Notes under the pieces: generated by a model
Seen by the model: only the letters and a program-made list of their open reading frames with translations
Databases searched by the model: none
Told to the model about the DNA's origin: nothing
IMG/VR virus record: IMGVR_UViG_3300047564_001818
Origin: a virus
Lineage: Duplodnaviria > Caudoviricetes
Direction: 5' to 3' (one strand)
Length of the DNA stretch: 64,000 bases
Shown here: positions 1 to 11,500 of the stretch, piece after piece
Numbering within the stretch: position 1 is the first letter of the stretch
Layout: the number at the start of each line of letters is the position of its first letter
Program-made: the position numbers and the translations under genes

Positions 1-2684
1 TTGCCTGGATAAATTAAATCGTATTTAACAGCATCTATGTATCTGCTTACGTCTCTTCTGCATTTGTCTTCGTCAAAGCTATACATAGGATACTTGTTTT
101 TAATCCATGCAATTGCTTCTTCTATTAAAAATGCTCTATTTTTTTCGATAGCTTCTACTGCATAAGTGTGTGCAGTATCGGTATTTGGAGTATTTGATCC
201 ACTCATAGTCGGAGTTGTACTATCTCCAGTTGCTCCATTAATAGCAAAATCTATATAATCGTGTATTTGCTGGAACAGGTCCGAAGCTTCGGCTGCAACA
301 GTACTGTCGCCTATAACTGATCCTGTGTCTATAGGATTTTCGAGATTTCCTACAGTTTTTCCAATGCTTTCACTTCCAAATACAACAGGATCTATTATAT
401 CTCTCAATCTAAGAATAGCATCTAATGTGTACGGAGTATCAGCAGAGCTTACTAGACTACCTGCAGGTTCTATTCTTGTTGAACGAAGTTCATCTCCCAC
501 TACTGCTGTGTTTCTTGGAATAATAATAGGAAGTACTTCTTGGAACTTTCCAGTTTTTACAAAAATAGTATTGTTAGGAATATATTCTGCAGGTATTCCA
601 GTAGTTACTCCGGCAGTTACAGCACCGGTCATTATATCTATTAAATTACCAACCACAGTTTGTGCATCTGATTCTTCTGTATAAGCTGCATTTATAGTCT
701 GTGAAAATGCACTATAGGTAGTGCCAGGAGCCAGATTTGTCAATACTGCATCAATAACAGTTTCCATATATTCTAATGCTGCAACAAACTGTTCATCTTC
801 ATCTTGCAGTGCAGTAACTAGACTGCCACTGCTAAAGAAAGATACAGTGTTTAGTCTAGTTTTTTCATTTCCATTATGTGTAAGATCATAGATTATTGCA
901 TCTAATGCCTTACCAAATTCTACTAACGACAAATACTCACCGTCGTTAGTAAAGCCTGTCCAAATACCACTGCCCCCTGCAATTTGTGCAGTTACCCAAC
1001 CTAGAGTTTCATTTTGAATAAATGCTTTGTTAAGTTCAAGCAGTGTTCTTGCATTAGGTCTTAGTGCACCTTTTTCTACTTGTTCTGTAGCATAGCGCAC
1101 AGTCTTCCAAGGTTGATTTAAGGATGAACCATAAATTGGCGCAGGTTCATCAACACCATTATTAGTTTCTACATAAAATATGTTGTTAATTGCTCCAAGA
1201 TATTTCCATTCAGGAGCAGTTGCAGATTGATTAACTACTAAAACTTGTCCAGTAGTTCCGACTGGTAGTCTAGTCGGGCCTGCACCGCCGTAGTATACAA
1301 TATCTCCTTCGGTGGTCATTACATTGTTTTCAGGGCCGCCTGATAATAAATTCCAGTATGTTCCTACAGTGTCTTGATCAGGACGATTTTGATCAACGGT
1401 TTCATCAGAAGTATGAGCCAGTATACAAATATAACTGTTATTGTTGTATCTTACGGCATCGCCTGCAATATAAACACTAGAATCAGCCCATGCATTTTTC
1501 CAATCAATACCTTCGTTCAGCTTTTCCCAGTAAGTAGTGTTAGTTGGAAGATAACCTGTATAGCTACCATTTAATGCAATCTCAACATCATACAAATGAT
1601 CTCTAATACATAGATATGTGTATCCGCCATAGCGAACAACGTCACCTACACGATAATCTTGCGCAGAACTGTCGTCTGCATAGCTACCTCTAAAATTAAA
1701 TCCAGTAACATATAACGCCCATGCGTTGGTATTTTGAGTAGGTATCTGACTTATATTATCAGCTTTAGCAATATACGAGTAACCACCGTATGTTACAAAG
1801 TCGCCTTGTTGATATCTAGTTGTGCTATTCCAGCTGTCTTCAAATTGTAGGCCTTCGATGAATTCGTTCCACTTTGAACTATCATCTGTTAGATCAGTCT
1901 GACTAGTGTGAGCAGTAATACAAATTCTAACGCTGCCGCCGTACTTTACTAGATCATTAACTTTATACCTAGTTGCAGTATTCCAATCGCCTTTGTATTC
2001 TACACCTTTTGAAAATACGTCCCACTTAGATTGGTCGTTTTCTAGACCTAATGCATCAGTAGCTGCACTAGTGTGTCCTTGATTACAAATATAGATTTGT
2101 CCGCCATAACGAACTATATCGTTTACAACATATCTAGTACTAGTTGCCCAACTTCCTGTCCATTCTAGACCTTTTGAAAATACGTCCCATTTAGATTGGT
2201 CAGTTTCGAGTCCTAGTGCATTAGTTGCTGCACTAGTATGATCATCAATACAAATGTAAACAGTAGAATTATATTTTACAATATCATTTACTTTATATCT
2301 TACACTAGTTGACCAATCACTTTTCCAATCGAAGCCTTCAGCATATAAATCCCATTTAGATTGATCGTTTTCTAGTCCTAGTGTATTAGTCGATGCACTA
2401 GTGTGTGCAGTATTAGCAATATAGAGGTATCCGCCATATTTTACTACATCATTTTCTTTATAATAAGTTGAAGTAACCCAAGCACCCTTCCATGCCTGTC
2501 CTTCACTTATTTTGTTCCAATATGACGTTTCGTCGATTGCAAAATCGTTTGTAGATGTATGTCCTGATACACAGACATACATGTTTCCGCCATTTTTTAC
2601 AATGTCATCTTTGTAATAGACTGTACTAGAAACCCAATTGTTTTTCCATATAAATCTAATTCTACCTAATTTAAATTCAGCCAT
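1..2684 (-). CDS. Large fibre/appendage structural protein (runs off the left edge): 8 carbohydrate-binding-like (CBM5/12-type) repeats followed by a beta-helix-type domain; paralog of 2719-7821
   Basis: Missing from the ORF track because no stop lies in the window. Manual translation from ATG at 2684 gives MAEFKLGRIRFIWKNNWVSSTVYYKDDIVKNGGNMYVCVSGHTS..., parallel to MADFKLDRIKFRWKGNW of the 1700-aa ORF. It has W-x5-Y-x3-D-x-V-x-Y-G-G-x2-Y-x-C-x3-HTS repeats, later NIFYVETNNG...PWKTVRYA and VVGDELRST motifs. ATAAATA lies upstream. Confidence 0.9.
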   Translation of the reverse strand, partial: MAEFKLGRIRFIWKNNWVSSTVYYKDDIVKNGGNMYVCVSGHTSTNDFAIDETSYWNKISEGQAWKGAWVTSTYYKENDVVKYGGYLYIANTAHTSASTNTLGLENDQSKWDLYAEGFDWKSDWSTSVRYKVNDIVKYNSTVYICIDDHTSAATNALGLETDQSKWDVFSKGLEWTGSWATSTRYVVNDIVRYGGQIYICNQGHTSAATDALGLENDQSKWDVFSKGVEYKGDWNTATRYKVNDLVKYGGSVRICITAHTSQTDLTDDSSKWNEFIEGLQFEDSWNSTTRYQQGDFVTYGGYSYIAKADNISQIPTQNTNAWALYVTGFNFRGSYADDSSAQDYRVGDVVRYGGYTYLCIRDHLYDVEIALNGSYTGYLPTNTTYWEKLNEGIDWKNAWADSSVYIAGDAVRYNNNSYICILAHTSDETVDQNRPDQDTVGTYWNLLSGGPENNVMTTEGDIVYYGGAGPTRLPVGTTGQVLVVNQSATAPEWKYLGAINNIFYVETNNGVDEPAPIYGSSLNQPWKTVRYATEQVEKGALRPNARTLLELNKAFIQNETLGWVTAQIAGGSGIWTGFTNDGEYLSLVEFGKALDAIIYDLTHNGNEKTRLNTVSFFSSGSLVTALQDEDEQFVAALEYMETVIDAVLTNLAPGTTYSAFSQTINAAYTEESDAQTVVGNLIDIMTGAVTAGVTTGIPAEYIPNNTIFVKTGKFQEVLPIIIPRNTAVVGDELRSTRIEPAGSLVSSADTPYTLDAILRLRDIIDPVVFGSESIGKTVGNLENPIDTGSVIGDSTVAAEASDLFQQIHDYIDFAINGATGDSTTPTMSGSNTPNTDTAHTYAVEAIEKNRAFLIEEAIAWIKNKYPMYSFDEDKCRRDVSRYIDAVKYDLIYPG

Positions 2685-2704
2685 TTATTGCTCCGACTTT
2701 ATGT

Positions 2705-2711
2705 TATTTAT
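2705..2711 (-). promoter_or_regulatory. Late promoter motif ATAAATA
   Basis: Matches the core of the T4 late promoter TATAAATA; 20 nt upstream of the ATG at 2684. Confidence 0.6.
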
Positions 2712-2718
2712 TAAATTT

Positions 2719-5700
2719 TTATTTACTACTTCTAGCAAAATACTGTAGGGCAAGAAGTTTACCTTCGAAACCTTGTTTAACGTTTAGCACAACAGGTACG
2801 TCTATTTCTAGGCCTGATGTAGTATCTATTGTAGTTCCTGTTATTCTTACTTGTCCTGAAATTAAAGTGTTGGTGGTTATATCTGAGCCGCCGCCTGTTA
2901 TTCTATTTTCAATATATTTTGCAATAGCTTTTTGTGTAGGAACAATATTATTACTATTCGCTGTAAAATTAGAATCTACGCTAAATTCTCTGATTACAAC
3001 CGGAGTAGTACCAACTTGAATTCCGCCTAATGACAATTCAGTAAGTCCTGCTAAATCAAACTGGCTAGCGTCTACTGTAACAATACCTGTTGATTGCTCT
3101 ACTTTAAATAAACTTCCTACTTTAAAGTTACCGTCTTGGTCGGTGCTTGTAAAGAATACTCTTCCGCCGCCAAATCCTAATGCTTCATTAAACGGCTGTC
3201 TTGCATTTTCCGAAGTTTCACCCTCTGTATATAATTCAGGGTATCTAGTAGATTGTGCATTGCCAGTTCCTATATCTAAAAAGTCATGACCAGTTAGACG
3301 TATTTGACTGAATTGTTTTCTTAGCGTAATAGCTGTGCCTTGATCTGGAGATTCAGCTACTCCTATATTAGGAGTTATTTGTAGAGTAACAGTATACGGA
3401 TGTGGTCCGACTATGTTAATCAATTTAACTACGCTATATAATACATCACCGATTCCAGATATGTTCAAGTTATCTCCAGGCTCGGGTATTGCTCCTAAAT
3501 TGCTTACTTTTAAGAATTTACCAGTTTGATATATTTCTGCAAATCCGTTTCCTGTTATAGTTGCAGTAGCAGTAAAGTAACCTGTACCTCTGTTAGACAT
3601 TTCTGGCTGAGCTAATACTCCGTCGTTAACATATGTTTCAAACACTGCTTCAATAGTATTGTTATTGTCAACAATTTGAACTACTGGATTTGCAGGTAAA
3701 TTACTACCTGGATCATATACTACTATTTGAGAAACTGCTGAGTTAGATATTTTTGCTCTTAAAATTGGTTTAGCGCCAGTGTTAACTATATTCCAGTTAC
3801 TACTGTCATTTCTTACTATTACCCATTTTTCGTCGCCAAATGCACTATCTGTCCAATTACCAGTTTCTCTTAACAAGTACTGAGTACTATCATTGTCAAT
3901 TATTTTCCAAACCGAACCGTCTTGAGATTTAGCTACAGTGTTGCCTATACCTGTTGCAATAAACACACCTTGTGCATAATTTACACGAGTATAAACATCA
4001 GGCGAAGTAATGCTTGATTCAAACCATGTTATTCCGTCGAAACTGTAAACCACTGAGTTTTGTGTCGAATCTTCAGTATCTACAATAGCAACAAATCTTC
4101 CGTTTCCGTATGTTATGTCGTTATAGTTGTTTTGAGGAATTGCGGACGCAGATATTGTCCAATTTATACCATTGTTGGTACTGTATGCAACGTCTCCAAC
4201 TCCGCCGACTCCTATAGCTACTAATTTGTTATTACCGTATTGTAGAAGACTAAAATCTTGTGTTGTTCCGGTTATACTAGAAGTTGACCAAGACACACCG
4301 TGATTACTACTGTAAATTACTTCGTTATTGTTTGTAAGTACAGCTACGTTTCCGTTTCCGTCAGAACTAATATTTAAGAATATACTGTTTAAAGGAAGAG
4401 AAAATGATGCCCAAGTTTCTCCGTTAAGTGAATGTAGTATAGTAGTATGTGGGCTTCCGCTGTTAGATCCTCTAATAGCAAGGAATCGTTCACCTGTATA
4501 AGTTAAGCCGACAATATCATAGTTTGCTCCTAGATTTGCCTCTGTTGCCCAAGTAGTTCCATTGGTACTGTAGGTTGCATATTGACTACTATAAGTTCCG
4601 CTGCCTCCTGTTACTGCAACAAATTTTCCTTCACCGTACACAATAAACTCATAATTTCTATTGTATCCCGTAATAGCAGTATTTGAAAATGTAGGTTCTT
4701 CGACTGTTACTCTAGGTTCAATAGAGTATCTAGTAGTTGAATCTAATAGAGATTCAATAGGCCATCCTGGTTGGAAATGGTCCCATCCGTTGCTTCCGTC
4801 ACTTTCTTTGCTTACAATTGCAATTTTTGTGCTAGAATTATAACCGGTTATTTCTGCGTACTGACCTACTCCTAGACCACTAACAATTACAATTCTTTGT
4901 CCTAAATAATCAGCAGGTGATTGTATATCAGCTTGTGATAATTGTATTTGAGTTTGATCTCCCCCTTGTGCATTGTTTAAAACAAATGTATAGTTAAGTC
5001 CTCCTGGAGTCGAGGAGTCACCTGGATCTAGCATTCTTATGTTAGAAATTGCTCCGTTCCTAAACTCTTTAAATGAGCCAACTGCTCCTGTTCCTGACCC
5101 ATTAAATGATACTGATGCAGAACTATAATCTTGTCCTGCGTGCGAATAGCCAATTGCAAGAATTTTTTGTTCAGCTGTTCCAAAAGTAATGGCCTCTGAA
5201 AACTGTGCTTCTTGCAATCTATTGTTAACTGTTCCTGTTACAGGTGTTTCGCTTGCATCAAAACCTTCAGCTACTGATCCATAAGTTCCGTAGGAATTGT
5301 TACCGTTTGTTGCTCTTAGAATTCCTCCGTTTTCAGCTAGATATCCTATGTGACAATAATATGTGAACACACTTACAAGTTCTGAACGACCTTGATTTGT
5401 AGCCCAATATCCAATACCGTCACTTAACACTTGAGTAAAATCGTTAGCAACAATGGAACGATTTCCACCGTTGTGTAAACTTCCGTCAACTTTTAACCCT
5501 ATACATCCAGTTCCGAATGTTGTAACATTTTGTATGTAGGGAGATTTTGAGGCAATCCATACTGTAGTATCTGCAGGACCCGTTCCTGGATCTAGGCTTA
5601 CGTATGCACCTGCACTGGGTCTTCTTGTTAGATAAATGTTAGGAGAACCTAAAGTACCAGTTAATCCCTGTAGCGTCATGTTTCTTATTCCGCTACCATT

Positions 5701-7821
5701 TCTTACATAAAACATATTTGATGTTTCGTATCCTGATGCAGGAGTAATAGTTGTACTTCTAAGTTCGTCACCCACTAATGCAGTGTTAACTGGTACTCTA
5801 ATTGGCAACTGTTCTTGATAAAAACCAGTTTTTATAAAAATTGTTGCATTGTTTAACGTTGTATTAACATTATTTAAGACATAATTACAGGCATACTTAA
5901 CTGTTCTAAATGGTGCTGAAATAGTTCTTCCGGCAGTAGGTGTGTCTATTCCATCTGTACTAACATAAAACACGTTACTGATTTCTTCGTACCCGCTGTA
6001 TACTGCATTATTTGATAGTACTTTTACTACTTCGCCAGCAGCTCCTATAGGCAATCTAGTTTCTTCAGTTTGGTAAACTTTAATATCACCGACAGCAGCA
6101 AGAACATTGTTCTCTGTAGTCTGTATTAATACTTGCCAATAGTCTTGATCAGTTTGTAATATATCAACATCAGGTCGACTGTCTGATTCAGTAGCTAGAT
6201 GTGGATTGATACAAACATATAATGTTCCTTTATAGATAACAAGATCGCCTTCATAATACTGTGCATTGTCTTGCCATTCTGCTCTATACTTTTTACCATC
6301 AACTATTTTTTCCCACAGAGCAGCATATTCTGATGGGATGTTATTAACATTACTACTTAAACAAACATAAAGATTGCCTCCAGAGCGAACGACATCCCCT
6401 GTTTTGTAACTAGTACTCGAATTCCAATCGTTTTCGAAATTATAACCTGTAGTAATCAGTTGCCAATCTTGATCATCGATTCCCGGAATTTTATTTTGAT
6501 TATTTCTTAGAGCAACATAAGAATACCCGCCATACAATACAACGTTTCCTTGAGAATACTCTGTTGCAGAATTATGAATTAATTCGTAATATAGACCTGG
6601 TATCCACAAATTCCATTTAGATTGGTCGTTACGAAAGGATGAGCTTCCATCTACTGAAGTATGGCCTTGATTTGCTTTCCATAAACTAGCACCGTATTTC
6701 ACAATATCATTAACACGATATCTAGTAGTGTTAGTCCAGTCTCCTCTATACTCAATATCTGAATTTACAATTTCCCATTTAGCTTGGTCAACTTCTAAAC
6801 CTAATGCTTCTGTTGCAGAACTAGTGTGTCCAGTAATGCATCTATAACTTATAGCGCCGTAACGAACTACGTCATTTACTCGATATCGTGTGTTAGTCGT
6901 CCATGATGTACGCCATGAATCAGAAACTGAAACTACAGTCCATTTAGCTTGATCAGCTTCTAATCCTAATGCTGTTGTAGCAGCACTAGTATGACTTTGA
7001 TTAGCTATGTAGGTGATACCATTATATCTTATTACATCACCTAGTACATATACTGTACTAGTTTGCCATTCGTTTAACCAGTTAAATGTGCTAGCAAACA
7101 GTGTCCAATTGCTAATGTCTGTAGTTAAACTAGTAGTTGAAGTATGCGCCGTAACGGCTTTGTATAGATATCCGTTAAATTTAACGATAGAACCTTCAGT
7201 ATATAGTTGTCCAGACGCCCAGTTATTTCTCCAGGCATCGCCATCAAACATTACTTCCCAATTAGAATCATATCTAGTTTGCAGCTCGTTGCCCATTTCT
7301 CTATTATTTGCACTATAATAGAAAACATTGTGAGGAGCCGTTGTAGGTGGAGTAAATCTTAATTCTCTAGTTGTAGCTGTCGAAAAATTACTTATATAAT
7401 TGCTTTCTGAAACTTCAACTCCGTTGATATAATAATCTACACCTTCAGAATATCTTGCACCACCATTTAGATCGCCGTCTGCTGTAATGCTCAACAACAG
7501 AGGATTGCTAGCATTTGATGCTGCATTAAGATTGAAAATATATGTCTTTCCTTTTACTAAGAAAAGTTCTGGATTTTGAGATCCGTTTACATAAAATTTA
7601 CCTTGACTATTACCGTCTATAGTATCTGTAGATACAGTTACAGTATAAGTAACTGAACTAAATGTGTAATTGTCATTTAAGAAGGTAGTTGATGTATGAC
7701 CTTGTAAACAAACATAAGCTTTGCCATCTTGATATACAACATCGTCTTTAATATAGTTTACGCCAGAAGACCAATTGCCTTTCCAACGAAATTTTATTCT
7801 ATCTAATTTAAAATCAGCCAT
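2719..7821 (-). CDS. 1700-aa fibre/appendage structural protein: CBM-like repeats, cupredoxin-like insert, beta-helix domain, BNR/propeller-like repeats
   Basis: Eight W..Y..GD.V.Y.G..Y.C..HTS-type repeats; NPELFLVKGKTYIF module; NVFYVSTDG...APFRTVKYAC beta-helix start; repeated YSTNGTTW / YSSNHGVSW / YSTNNGINW / YSFDGITW (Asp-box-like) motifs. Confidence 0.8.
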   Translation of the reverse strand: MADFKLDRIKFRWKGNWSSGVNYIKDDVVYQDGKAYVCLQGHTSTTFLNDNYTFSSVTYTVTVSTDTIDGNSQGKFYVNGSQNPELFLVKGKTYIFNLNAASNASNPLLLSITADGDLNGGARYSEGVDYYINGVEVSESNYISNFSTATTRELRFTPPTTAPHNVFYYSANNREMGNELQTRYDSNWEVMFDGDAWRNNWASGQLYTEGSIVKFNGYLYKAVTAHTSTTSLTTDISNWTLFASTFNWLNEWQTSTVYVLGDVIRYNGITYIANQSHTSAATTALGLEADQAKWTVVSVSDSWRTSWTTNTRYRVNDVVRYGAISYRCITGHTSSATEALGLEVDQAKWEIVNSDIEYRGDWTNTTRYRVNDIVKYGASLWKANQGHTSVDGSSSFRNDQSKWNLWIPGLYYELIHNSATEYSQGNVVLYGGYSYVALRNNQNKIPGIDDQDWQLITTGYNFENDWNSSTSYKTGDVVRSGGNLYVCLSSNVNNIPSEYAALWEKIVDGKKYRAEWQDNAQYYEGDLVIYKGTLYVCINPHLATESDSRPDVDILQTDQDYWQVLIQTTENNVLAAVGDIKVYQTEETRLPIGAAGEVVKVLSNNAVYSGYEEISNVFYVSTDGIDTPTAGRTISAPFRTVKYACNYVLNNVNTTLNNATIFIKTGFYQEQLPIRVPVNTALVGDELRSTTITPASGYETSNMFYVRNGSGIRNMTLQGLTGTLGSPNIYLTRRPSAGAYVSLDPGTGPADTTVWIASKSPYIQNVTTFGTGCIGLKVDGSLHNGGNRSIVANDFTQVLSDGIGYWATNQGRSELVSVFTYYCHIGYLAENGGILRATNGNNSYGTYGSVAEGFDASETPVTGTVNNRLQEAQFSEAITFGTAEQKILAIGYSHAGQDYSSASVSFNGSGTGAVGSFKEFRNGAISNIRMLDPGDSSTPGGLNYTFVLNNAQGGDQTQIQLSQADIQSPADYLGQRIVIVSGLGVGQYAEITGYNSSTKIAIVSKESDGSNGWDHFQPGWPIESLLDSTTRYSIEPRVTVEEPTFSNTAITGYNRNYEFIVYGEGKFVAVTGGSGTYSSQYATYSTNGTTWATEANLGANYDIVGLTYTGERFLAIRGSNSGSPHTTILHSLNGETWASFSLPLNSIFLNISSDGNGNVAVLTNNNEVIYSSNHGVSWSTSSITGTTQDFSLLQYGNNKLVAIGVGGVGDVAYSTNNGINWTISASAIPQNNYNDITYGNGRFVAIVDTEDSTQNSVVYSFDGITWFESSITSPDVYTRVNYAQGVFIATGIGNTVAKSQDGSVWKIIDNDSTQYLLRETGNWTDSAFGDEKWVIVRNDSSNWNIVNTGAKPILRAKISNSAVSQIVVYDPGSNLPANPVVQIVDNNNTIEAVFETYVNDGVLAQPEMSNRGTGYFTATATITGNGFAEIYQTGKFLKVSNLGAIPEPGDNLNISGIGDVLYSVVKLINIVGPHPYTVTLQITPNIGVAESPDQGTAITLRKQFSQIRLTGHDFLDIGTGNAQSTRYPELYTEGETSENARQPFNEALGFGGGRVFFTSTDQDGNFKVGSLFKVEQSTGIVTVDASQFDLAGLTELSLGGIQVGTTPVVIREFSVDSNFTANSNNIVPTQKAIAKYIENRITGGGSDITTNTLISGQVRITGTTIDTTSGLEIDVPVVLNVKQGFEGKLLALQYFARSSK

Positions 7822-7822
7822 A

Positions 7823-8197
7823 TTATTCTAATCCTTCCGACGATGAGTTTTCATCATATGTGAATTTTTGATTAATTCTTGCAACTAATTCGCCTTCTTC
7901 ACTTACGTAATAGTATATATTTTTATTATTCCATTTAAACTGTTCATAGTTTAAATTTTTGTAAACTAGTTCATGTTTTACGTTTCGGCCTTCGTAAAAA
8001 TCTTGATTTTCAGTATAATTAGGATAATTATCTAAAGGATCTCCGGGCTTGTTTATAGTTAACGAATCATCTTTTTTAAGCTGATCAACTTTTCCTAAAA
8101 AAAGTTCACCTTGATCAGTTCTTCGAAGACCGTAAAAAAATCTGTTTTCTACTTCTCCGTATATTTGTTCTGGATTCATACCTACATAGTTTGACAT
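7823..8197 (-). CDS. Conserved hypothetical virion protein (124 aa)
   Basis: Clean ORF with AGGA upstream, tightly packed in the structural operon. Confidence 0.75.
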   Translation of the reverse strand: MSNYVGMNPEQIYGEVENRFFYGLRRTDQGELFLGKVDQLKKDDSLTINKPGDPLDNYPNYTENQDFYEGRNVKHELVYKNLNYEQFKWNNKNIYYYVSEEGELVARINQKFTYDENSSSEGLE

Positions 8198-8206
8198 CTA
8201 AGTTCC

Positions 8207-8536
8207 TTACACAATATCTACATAACTTATTACAGCATCTAATGCTTCATTTTCATCTGCTACCAAATACAGTTGATTTTCTGGAGCAAGTATTAGTTTT
8301 TCGCCTGCGCTTAATGCTCTTAGGCTTGAGTTGGGCGGAACCATAACATCTTTTAAATAGTAACCCTCAACGCTAGTATCATCGTGCACCAGCACACTAG
8401 CATACACTACTGTTTCTGATAGATTAGCTAAACTAAGTCCTACAATAGTTGTTCTAGTACTTGCATTTGTTTCAAGTGCCAGTATTGGAACAGTTCCTAT
8501 TTCTTTAACTACTTTATTTTTAAACGTTGTTGCCAT
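8207..8536 (-). CDS. Small beta-sandwich-type structural protein (109 aa), paralog of 15057-15392
   Basis: Pattern TIVGLSLAN...VPPNSSL...EKLIL...VISYVDIV mirrors AITNILVCN...LPPGETF...ERIVL...TVSYLEV. Confidence 0.7.
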   Translation of the reverse strand: MATTFKNKVVKEIGTVPILALETNASTRTTIVGLSLANLSETVVYASVLVHDDTSVEGYYLKDVMVPPNSSLRALSAGEKLILAPENQLYLVADENEALDAVISYVDIV

Positions 8537-8540
8537 CTTC

Positions 8541-11500
8541 TTATCCTAATGTTAACACATATTCTATTGCTAGGCTTTCTGCTGCGGAAAATGTGATTGA
8601 CCCCGAAGCCCCTGCTACAGAAACCCAACTATTGCCGTCCCAAATTTCTAAATATCCTGCCTCAGTATTAAATCGAGTCATGCCAGTTTCTCTATAGGCA
8701 GCAGCAGGACGTTCTGCGCTAGTACCCACAGGCATAACAACACCGTTTGACCCTGATATTTTAAAATATCCGTTACCTTCTTGTTGAAAGTAAAGAATGC
8801 CGTCGGTAGTTCTATTTGTAATAGTACTGTTTTTAATTGCTATTTCATCAATAACGACTGCGCCGCTGCCGTTAGCTGATAATACTAAGTCAGTATTTGT
8901 AGTTTCGGTTCTAATAACGTTTCCGTCAATACTAATATCGTCAACTTCTATTCTAGATATTTCTAGCTTGTCGGTGTCGATACTAAGTTTTTCATCGCCT
9001 TGAATATAAAATCTAATTACTCCGTCGTTGGCGCCCGGAGTTAATTCTGTTGTGATATAGGTGTCTAAATCTAGATCGTATACGCCATTAAGTGCGATCC
9101 AGTTACCATCATACCCTTCAAACAGATTTGTATCTGTGTTATAACGTATCATGCCTAGTTCAGGAGAACTAGGACGTTGTGCTGTTGTTCCATTAGGAAG
9201 ATTTAGTGCGCCGGTACTGTTAATTCTAACTGTGCCGCTGTCTGCATCAAGTATGATGTCTCCGCTAACGCTCGAAACTGTGTTTCCGCTTAGTCGTAAA
9301 TTACCAGTGTCTATATATTCACCAGTAATATTAGTAGTACTACTTCCAGTTGTAATAGTAATACCAGTTGTAGTTTCAATATTAAGATCGGAGCTAGTAA
9401 AAGTAACTGTACCAGTTTCTTGATTCACATAGAAAAGGTCGCCAACTCTAAAATCACCCTTGTGGTCTACTGAGCTATATCGTATTTTGGCATCATTTAA
9501 TTCTACAACTTCGTTAGCCTGTATAACTGTTGTATTGTCATTGTCTTCAAATTTTCCATTGCCAATATAAGCAAAGTTTTGGCTAATAAGATACATTAAT
9601 ACGCCAGGGCCATCACCGTATGCACCATAGTTACCATACACACAGGCACTAGCAATACTTCTAACTTCACCACCAAAGTCTGTAAAATCTGTTAGTGTGA
9701 TAAAATCTGCTGTGGCGCCACCGCTAAATCTAATATCTTGAGCTAGCAGTGTGTCATCTTCAAATATTGCAGAACTATCATCTATATTGTTAAAATGTAA
9801 AAGCAAAACAGTATTGCTGTCACTTGTAAACTCGCCGGCAGGAACAATCAATGTACTGCCGCTGTATCTTGATATTTCTTTTGATATTCTAAATTCATCT
9901 ATATATGCACTTGCAGAATTTCCACCGTCAAATCTTGCTCCGATAGTGACTGGTTTAGTAGTTCCGTAATCGTTACTGTCTGCGTATGCACTGCCTACTC
10001 TAGTTCCGTCTACGTAAAGAGAAGTTGTTCCACTTATTCTAGAAAGTGCAATGTGATACCATTGTCCAGTTAACAACGTGCTTCCTATAATTCTATCAGC
10101 ACTGTTTGTGTAATAACGAATCTGTCCACCATTTGAAATATATACTACAGGTGCAACATCTCCAAAGGCTCCTGCTCTAAAATCAAAAATTTCTCTATTT
10201 CCTGATAAACTAGTGAGATAAACAAACGCCTCTACAGTAAAATCACCTGTACCAAACCCAAAGTCGTTATTTGCTGAAACACCTATATAATCTTCAACAC
10301 CATCTAACTGTAAACTGCTAGTGCCAAATCTTTTTATAGCAGTGTCAGTTACAGGGTTGTTATATCTCACAATGGTTTTTCCGCCTCTTTCAGAAAAGGT
10401 TTCAAAGCCAGTTTGTTTGCCGCTTACATAAAACTTGCCGTCTGTATCAACAGAACTAACAGTACCTGTTGCTAACACAGTAACACCATCTGTGTCGTAG
10501 TAGGTTACAGTTTCTCCTGCAAGATATGATCCTGTTATACCGTCTACTCTAATTGCAGTCTTGCCTGTACCTTTAAGTCCAGTTACACCATCTAGTGCTG
10601 TAAGTCCACGATTGGCAAAGTATGTAAAGCAGTTTAACCATTCAACTCGCGTACCGTTAGTAATTACTAGTGCATCTACACCTGGGGTAATAAATGTTAC
10701 ACTATGAAACAGGCAAGCTGCTTCTCTTGACCCTGTTGTTGCAACACTACCGTCTAGATACGCACCTTTGCCTGCATCTCCGGCATCAAATCCTCTAGGG
10801 TCTGTCCCACTAGTTACACTGCCGGATGTTATGACACTTATATTTCTAATATATGGCGAACGTGTAGTGACTGTAAATCCAGGAGCAAACTTGAACGCAT
10901 ATCCGTTGTAAAAATCTTTTACAGTAATATCTTCTATTGTAACTTCGCCGTTTAATAGAAAAGCATCATTGTTTTGAGTTGCCGGTGTGGGTTTAATAGT
11001 AACACTGCGGATACTGTGACCTTTTACAGTAACGCCAGCAGGAATAGTCATAGGAAATACTTCTAGATATGTTCCAGGATAAATGTGTATAGTGTCACCG
11101 CTTGTAGCTTGACTTAATGCATATGCCAATGAACGATAGGGATCGTTTGGATGAGTACCTGAATAAGTATCACTACCGTTTACAGCAACATACAGTATAT
11201 TTCCTTGACGTAAAGTAATGTCAATTCCGTCTACTTCAACAAATCCTGTGGTTACTGAGCCAGCAAAAAAGTTATTAGTCCATATGTTAGCCCATGACTT
11301 ACCACCAGTAGCTGGATTACTACCTAAGTTATAAGTATTGTGAGCATCTGGAATAATATTTGAATTTATTTCTGCATTAAATGTAACATTGTCTGTATTA
11401 GCATCACCTATTGTTATATTACCATTAGCAGTAATCGATCCTGTGGCAACAATGTTTCCGTAAACATTTGTGTCAGCAAAGATCTCGACAGTGCCAGATC

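Noticed and set aside
2004-6995. Diversity-generating retroelement TR/VR pair
   Set aside because: Repeats are in-frame coding repeats whose mismatches are not adenine-specific, and no reverse transcriptase is in the window.
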